Positions 58,747 through 64,000 of a stretch of DNA of 64,000 bases are shown one piece after another (positions within the stretch are counted from its first letter, which is position 1; each line of letters begins with the position of its first letter). The position numbers and the translations under genes were made by a program. The notes under the pieces are model-generated. The model did not search any database. It saw nothing but the letters and a program-made list of their open reading frames with translations, and had not been told where the DNA came from. The stretch is from Gammaproteobacteria bacterium. GTDB lineage: Bacteria; Pseudomonadota; Gammaproteobacteria; QNFE01. The stretch is taken from contig QNFE01000003.1 of the NCBI GenBank assembly GCA_003645455.1, forward strand, positions 1,442-65,441, read 5' to 3'.

Positions 58747-59991
58747 TCAAAGCCATTCTGCAATGACTTTGATATAATCATCTAAATTCTTTATGCTGTC
58801 ATTAGGAGATGATTTTGAGCTGGAATTGCTTGCAGGTAAGTTATGAGCAATATTATTCCTGATATTATTTATTTTTTTAAAAGTCTTGCCTATTTCTATT
58901 TCTTTTGTTGATAATTTTTTGTTGTTCTTATAATCACTCCAAGAAAATAAAATATCCTTAGCTTCTTTTCTGTTATCTTTATTTGTGTCGTCTAATTTTT
59001 CTTTTTTGCACATAATAGATACACTTGCCTCAGCAAGGCACATATACGCCATAGAAAAATTTTTATTTTCATGATACCATTTAGATAAATTAAGTTGAAA
59101 TTCTGGCAGTGATTGATTTTTGAATCTATTAAAAAAATCTTCTAAATCAGAAGCAATCAATGGCAATATTTTGTTGGATGATGTTTTAAAATTATCAATA
59201 GTTTGTGATAAACTGTTTATGCTTTTTTGTAAGGATCTCATATCTGAAATACTAATGGCATCAGATAATTGATTAAATTTTCCTGAAATATTTTTGTCAT
59301 CAATGTTGGTATTAATTAGTTTTTTAAGTTCAAAACTGTTACCATAGTTTTTAAGATTACTAATTGCCTGACCCCAACTTAACAACTCATAAAATATAGA
59401 AACATCTATGATTACAGAAGCCTCATCTTTTTTTAACATAGCATAAAAGATTCCTTTTATCTTAAAACCTGCACGAATTTTGCCAAATTCTGCCACAATT
59501 AAAGACATTATAGAATGAGACCTAAAAAGATGAGTAATGTCTAAATACAACTGATCTTGCTCGCTTAAGTTCTCTATTATTTTTTGAAATTTTTCAAAAA
59601 TACCCCATAATTCCTCTTGATTGTCTCCTGGAAGCACAACAAAACACTCAGATCCAGGTAATTTTTTACTAATTTTATCATTAAGTGGCTGTAAAAAGCA
59701 ATCATCAATATCTGCATTTTCTTTTTTTTCTAAAATTTTATATGCATAGTCACTGTCATCATTATCACTATAAATTTCGTTAATATTGTCCCACATTGAT
59801 TCGCTTGTACCAATTAAAAATAATCTATCAATTTTATACTTTTCAATTATAGGGTTGGTGGCATATTGTTGATTTCTATATAACTTATTGTTATTTTCAA
59901 ATTTGTAAGTAGTTGTAGTATAATTGTTTTTATTGTTATCGTTTTTAGCAGATTTGCCAGTTCCCAGCAAACTTATAAGAATCTTTGCCAT
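58747..59991 (-). CDS. csx1: CARF-HEPN CRISPR ancillary ribonuclease (Csx1/TIGR02221-like)
   Basis: MAKILISLLGTG, GTSESMWD, LDITHLFRS, HEPN RNNIAH. Confidence 0.85.
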   Translation of the reverse strand: MAKILISLLGTGKSAKNDNNKNNYTTTTYKFENNNKLYRNQQYATNPIIEKYKIDRLFLIGTSESMWDNINEIYSDNDDSDYAYKILEKKENADIDDCFLQPLNDKISKKLPGSECFVVLPGDNQEELWGIFEKFQKIIENLSEQDQLYLDITHLFRSHSIMSLIVAEFGKIRAGFKIKGIFYAMLKKDEASVIIDVSIFYELLSWGQAISNLKNYGNSFELKKLINTNIDDKNISGKFNQLSDAISISDMRSLQKSINSLSQTIDNFKTSSNKILPLIASDLEDFFNRFKNQSLPEFQLNLSKWYHENKNFSMAYMCLAEASVSIMCKKEKLDDTNKDNRKEAKDILFSWSDYKNNKKLSTKEIEIGKTFKKINNIRNNIAHNLPASNSSSKSSPNDSIKNLDDYIKVIAEWL

Positions 59992-60433
59992 TATTGTCAT
60001 TCCCCCCTATTTTGTAAAAAATTACACAATAACACAAAGTATGTTGATAAACAAAATTATCTTTTAAGGTTTTATGCTGTTATTCAAAGCAGGTAAAATA
60101 TTTGGCAAAGATTGGTCAGATATTAGGCTCAAATGAATCATGTCTTTGTGTTTAATTTTTTCAATCGACAGATATCAAGAACTGTAGCTATTTTTATAAT
60201 TGATAGGCCGTTTTTATACATTGGTTTGGACTATATTATTCTCACCCTTATTCCCTCCCTTCTCTTTGTGCTTTACTAAATGCAGCCTCTTGGATATTTA
60301 ACAGTTAACAGTTATTAGTTGAGTTATCACTATTAATTTTTAACTATTCATTATTAACTATTTCAGTCGGGTCTCGGTCTCTGACAACAAGGGGACATGT
60401 CCCCTTGCCAAATTAGGGTGTCTTAATCCCCTC

Positions 60434-60593
60434 GGTGTTTTGTAATTGACAGAGGTAGTTAGAAAATTAGTATATTTGTGCCAGTGGTGAATTTTTAAAA
60501 AATAAACATAACTTGTTATGTTGTTTTTTACAAAATTTGACAATGGTGCAAAGATGCTGATTTAATGACTGCCTATGTTGATTACAAGACGCC
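60434..60593. mobile_element. 160-bp MITE-like hairpin inserted inside a CRISPR repeat
   Basis: Inverted ends ggtgttttgtaattgacagaggtagtta / tgactgcctatgttgattacaagacgcc, between two halves of one repeat. Confidence 0.8.
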
Positions 60594-60676
60594 ATATGTC
60601 GGGTCTCGGTCTCTGACAACAAGGGGACATGTCCCCTTGTCAATAAAATAACCAGGTCTTAATCCCCTTTATGTCG

Positions 60677-60800
60677 AGCTTCTAATAATTGAAAATGGAG
60701 AGTTGATAATTGAGAATTTTGCATAACCTTACCTTGTGTTTTGTTTTATCCCATAATTTTGTTATACACAATTTTTGATTTTTAATTTTCAATTATTGTC
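60677..60800. mobile_element. 124-bp AT-rich insertion inside a CRISPR repeat
   Basis: Splits the repeat with GTCG on both sides; inverted aataattgaaaat / attttcaattatt; 7-bp periodicity. Confidence 0.7.
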
Positions 60801-61186
60801 GTCGGGTCTCGGTCTCTGACTTTAATAAACTTACGGCACTTATGCAATGTAAAAGCAGTCTTAATCCCCTTTATGTCGGGTCTCGGTCTCTGACCGAAAG
60901 GTTTTGTTCGTTCTGTTTCGTATACGAAAGGTCTTAATCCCCTTTATGTCGGGTCTCGGTCTCTGACCCTGTCAGTTACTGATGGTGGGATTAAAGATGC
61001 GTCTTAATCCCCTTTATGTCGGGTCTCGGTCTCTGACCAGAAGAAGTAATCGCCTGAAGAGGTAGTAAAATACAGTCTTAATCCCCTTTATGTCGGGTCT
61101 CGGTCTCTGACACAGAAATAATTGGTCGTGGCGAATGGCATAGTGCTTTGTCTTAATCCCCTTTATGTCGGGTCTCGGTCTCTGAC

Positions 61187-61335
61187 TCTACCTCCTGTTT
61201 TTCACTTTTAAAAACAATTACTTACAGACCCCCGTTAACGGAAATCTGTCGTAGCGAAAATCTGACTATTTTTTTGAGTCAAAAACTGGTGTTTATTATA
61301 CAATTTTATGGTTTTAAAAGTCAAGGTTTTTTTTG
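61187..61335 (-). promoter_or_regulatory. CRISPR leader
   Basis: AT-rich non-coding stretch next to the intact end of the array, on the cas side. Confidence 0.65.
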
Positions 61336-61349
61336 ATTTTGGGTGGCTT

Positions 61350-61580
61350 TGAGAGATTAGATTTCCTCCCTGCGGTCGCGATGCTTTGTTTCTTCGTTTC
61401 TGGCAATGACAGTTCATCCGTCACTGCGAGCGAGCTTGGCGAAACGTGGCAGTCTCTCTTTTTACCCCAAGAGATTGCTTCGTTCCTCGTAATGACGGCA
61501 ACGAATTACCTAACTTATACAGCAATGACGGCTCCCTAAAAGAGATTGCCATATTCACACACTCACTTGCAATGATGAGG
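61350..61580. repeat. Cluster of GTCATTGCGAG-family palindromes
   Basis: gtcactgcgag...gagattgcttcg...aatgac arms; gaattacctaacttatacagcaatgacgg shared with 63862. Confidence 0.8.
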
Positions 61581-61588
61581 TTTAATAA

Positions 61589-61861
61589 TTAAAAAGGACA
61601 GTCATCATCATAAGCAGTATAACCGTTATTGTTATTATAAGAGTTGTGTTTTTGATAGACTTTGCAGAATATTTCCATATTTGTGACTATTTCTTGGAAT
61701 ACTGTCCGATCTTCATAGGCGATATGAAATGGAGCATCGTTTATCATCTGGTCGGTTTTTTTGGCAATTATTGCAGGATCGATAAAATAATCAGGCAACA
61801 GACGAGCTGCATTAATTTCTTGGGTTATTAAATCACATCTTAAATCGTGCTTGGTTTTCAT
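61589..61861 (-). CDS. Hypothetical protein coupled to cas2, with acidic DDDCPF C-terminus
   Basis: ATGA overlap with the cas2 stop; 90 aa. Confidence 0.65.
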   Translation of the reverse strand: MKTKHDLRCDLITQEINAARLLPDYFIDPAIIAKKTDQMINDAPFHIAYEDRTVFQEIVTNMEIFCKVYQKHNSYNNNNGYTAYDDDCPF

Positions 61862-62160
61862 TTATTTCTCCTTATTTTAGTAAAATTTTTTGGTAAAAGA
61901 TAATCTAATGGCGTATCTTTGCCATAGATTGAAATTTTGGTTTTTTTATCAAAACGATATATTTTTATATCATCTTGTTTTGGATCAATTATTTTATTAA
62001 TATCTGTTTGATATTCTAAGATTTGTCTGTTCGTTGTGTCTGCCATATATACCGAATATTGAATAGGCAAGGTTATGGCACACAGGTATTGGTGAACTTT
62101 TCTCAATCGTTTTTTGCATTTTATATCGTAACAAATTAAATATAAATTTGTATGTGCCAT
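61858..62160 (-). CDS. cas2: CRISPR-associated Cas2
   Basis: YLICYDI..KKRLRKV, IQYSVY, IDPKQDDIKIY. Confidence 0.9.
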   Translation of the reverse strand: MAHTNLYLICYDIKCKKRLRKVHQYLCAITLPIQYSVYMADTTNRQILEYQTDINKIIDPKQDDIKIYRFDKKTKISIYGKDTPLDYLLPKNFTKIRRNK

Positions 62161-62163
62161 TTT

Positions 62164-63255
62164 TTAAAATAACTCCGCTTGAATGGGGGTTGTTATATTT
62201 AACACTACATCGTCATCGTTGTCATTGATGAGGCTGTTTTTGAGTTGATAACTTTGTAATCTTAACCATCTTCTGTATGGTGGTAGCCATTTTTCTAATT
62301 GATGATAATAGATTTTACGCCCTGTTTTTGATAACAAGCATTTTTTAGCATTTTTAATAAAATGTTCTTGGCGAATATCTTGCTCGGCAAACAAACGCCA
62401 GATAAAATATTCCGCCGAGGGGCGAATTGGCTCTATTATATCAGAGGCAAGAGCAGCATGATTGTAGGATGGTTTATGTAGAAAACCTATGTATGGATCC
62501 AGACCTGCTTGATATTAACTCGGCAGTTAAATACATGTATTCAACTTCCCATAAGAACTAACAAGGGGACATGTCCCCTTGTCAAAATAGAGAAGTTTAT
62601 TGTTGCCAGTTTAATAAATAGCTTTGACAGCTTGGCTGTATAAAATTGTATAAGTCAAAGACAACACCGAATTAACAGGATCTGGGGCAGGATGTTTGGC
62701 TCGTTTGGTAAAATTCAAAGATGGAGCAAATAATTGAGTATAGGCTTGAAAGAAAAATTTGGAGGCACAGCCTTCTATACCGAGTAACTGGTTGGTATTG
62801 ATGGGTTCTGTCAGAGATTTATTTGTCAATAAAAATTTTAATTTATCATAGGTTTGCTGTAAAATTTTATCTTTATCGGTGCGAGTGCTGGTGATTTTTT
62901 TAATCAATTTTAGCTGTTTGGTGATTTTGTTGGTAATTTGATGGGTTGCCAGATTAAGCGGAATATCTTTTTTTTCTAACCATCTATATTGTGAGATTCT
63001 GCCTTTGGCATCTTTGTGAGGCGAGCCAAAGATTATGACAGGTTCCACTGATCTTTTGTTGATAAAAACAATGCTGACATTATGCTTTTGGCAAGCATAT
63101 AATAACTTGGCGTTGAGATTGCAGTGACCGTAGATTATTATTCTCTCGATGAGCTGCAAAGGTAAGGCTTGATAAGTTTTATCGGCTTTGAGTTTGATCC
63201 TTTTGCCATCGGTATCAAGGTTGATGTGTTGTTTGTCAATATAGATTGTTTTCAT
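62164..63255 (-). pseudogene. cas1: Cas1 interrupted by a 99-bp insertion
   Basis: ...LLGIEG...DPVNSVLSLTY...AVKAIY [insert] QAGLDPYIGFLH...ALASDIIEPIRP...; both parts in the same frame. Confidence 0.9.
62515..62613. mobile_element. 99-bp hairpin element carrying the CAAGGGGACATGTCCCCTTG palindrome
   Basis: Flanked by ATA on both sides; ends ttaactcggca / tgccagttta; palindrome at 62562-62581. Confidence 0.8.
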
Positions 63256-63263
63256 TTTAGTTG

Positions 63264-63557
63264 TTATCCGATATATATCATATTGTTTTCAGCAGGCTTC
63301 AAAGCAATGCCACAGGTTATCAGAGGATTATTTTTAGGTAATTTTATGATTAGAAAACGATCTGTTTTTTTGTTTAGTTGGGGGATGATCTGGTTTTTTA
63401 TATTCTGGCAATTTGCCGGGGTCAGATAACACTCATAGACCGATTTTTGCCATTGATAAGAATAGGATTGCAAAATCTTGCATATACGAGATCGGGTGTT
63501 ATGACAACTTATGTCATAGGATAATAAATAAAAATGATTATTTGGTTTTAAGCTCAT
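63264..63557 (-). CDS. cas2: CRISPR-associated Cas2 (second copy)
   Basis: YLLSYDIS...R, QKSVYECYL, TDRFLII. Confidence 0.88.
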   Translation of the reverse strand: MSLKPNNHFYLLSYDISCHNTRSRICKILQSYSYQWQKSVYECYLTPANCQNIKNQIIPQLNKKTDRFLIIKLPKNNPLITCGIALKPAENNMIYIG

Positions 63558-63705
63558 AACAACAATGGTGGAATTAAAAAAAACCACTATTGTATATTAT
63601 TTTTTTAAATATGTGTTTTATGACAAGCTTGTCATTTTTTTTGGCGAGTAAAAATAATGCCAGTCCATTTTTTAAGTGGTCAGGGTGGTTATCTCTTTTT
63701 GAAGT

Positions 63706-64000
63706 CGTCATTGCGAGGAATTCGCCGCAGAGCGGATACCGTGGCAATCTCTTGAGGGTTTAGTGTGTAACCTCAGGAGATTGCCACGGCTACGCCTCGC
63801 AATGACGGGGTTATGTTTTGGTGCTGTTGCGGTGTTTTATATTAACTTATTTCTTGTCTGCGAATTACCTAACTTATACAGCAATGACGGGGTTTTTTGT
63901 GGCAGTCTTTTGGTTTAGCCAAGAGATTGCTTCGCTACGCTCGCAATGACGGCTCCCTAAAAGAGGTTGCTTCGTTCCTCGCAATGACGGGGTTTTTTGT
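63706..64000. repeat. Cluster of GTCATTGCGAG-family palindromes
   Basis: gtcattgcgagg...gtggcaatctc...gagattgccacg...ctcgcaatgac and further right arms. Confidence 0.85.

Larger units (their letters stand above)
60366..61186 (-). CRISPR. CRISPR array with 37-bp repeat GTCAGAGACCGAGACCCGACATAAAGGGGATTAAGAC (type III-like); five intact repeats plus three broken trailer repeats
   Basis: Intact repeats at 60858, 60931, 61001, 61075, 61150; spacers 33-38 bp; split repeats 60656-60676/60801-60820 and 60420-60432/60595-60617; half repeat 60366-60385. Confidence 0.95.

Noticed and set aside
62164..62394. Independent 76-aa gene
   Set aside because: It is the C-terminal part of the interrupted cas1
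1..64000. tRNA, rRNA, prophage or autonomous transposase genes
   Set aside because: None recognised by eye; tRNAscan-SE and Rfam scans were not run

Overview
AT-rich chromosomal segment of a gammaproteobacterium, probably a sulfur oxidiser (it has an Alvin_2107-like gene). It spans a canonical XerCD dif site (58595-58622), so it probably lies at the replication terminus. The backbone is housekeeping: dgkA, trmL, moaA, ftsB-ispD//ispF, nagZ, hpt, ampG, gmk, aroE, prpE, pit, ugd, ruvX, argF, parC, recO-era-rnc, radA, mfd. The most unusual feature is a four-gene operon at 630-6386 with no other flagellar gene in the window. It encodes an acidic TPR lipoprotein, an exported FliF-RBM3-like ring protein, a second FliF-RBM3-like protein fused to a full-length but motif-degenerate FliG, and a Sel1-SPOR protein. 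This is a candidate non-flagellar envelope ring/rotor machine. Other accessory parts: a 5.9 kb toxin-antitoxin array splitting ispD from ispF; an endonuclease I/Sel1/methyltransferase islet flanked by a duplicated aroE 3' end; a duplicated pseudoknot-like 5' leader; three tandem lipoproteins of an unrecognised family; and, next to dif, csx1, a type III-like CRISPR array and cas2-cas1-cas2. Cas1 and the trailer repeats are interrupted by small hairpin elements, and two spacers carry a host palindrome. Several families of MITE/REP-like hairpins are scattered throughout. All calls are from reading the sequence by eye; no database searches were run.
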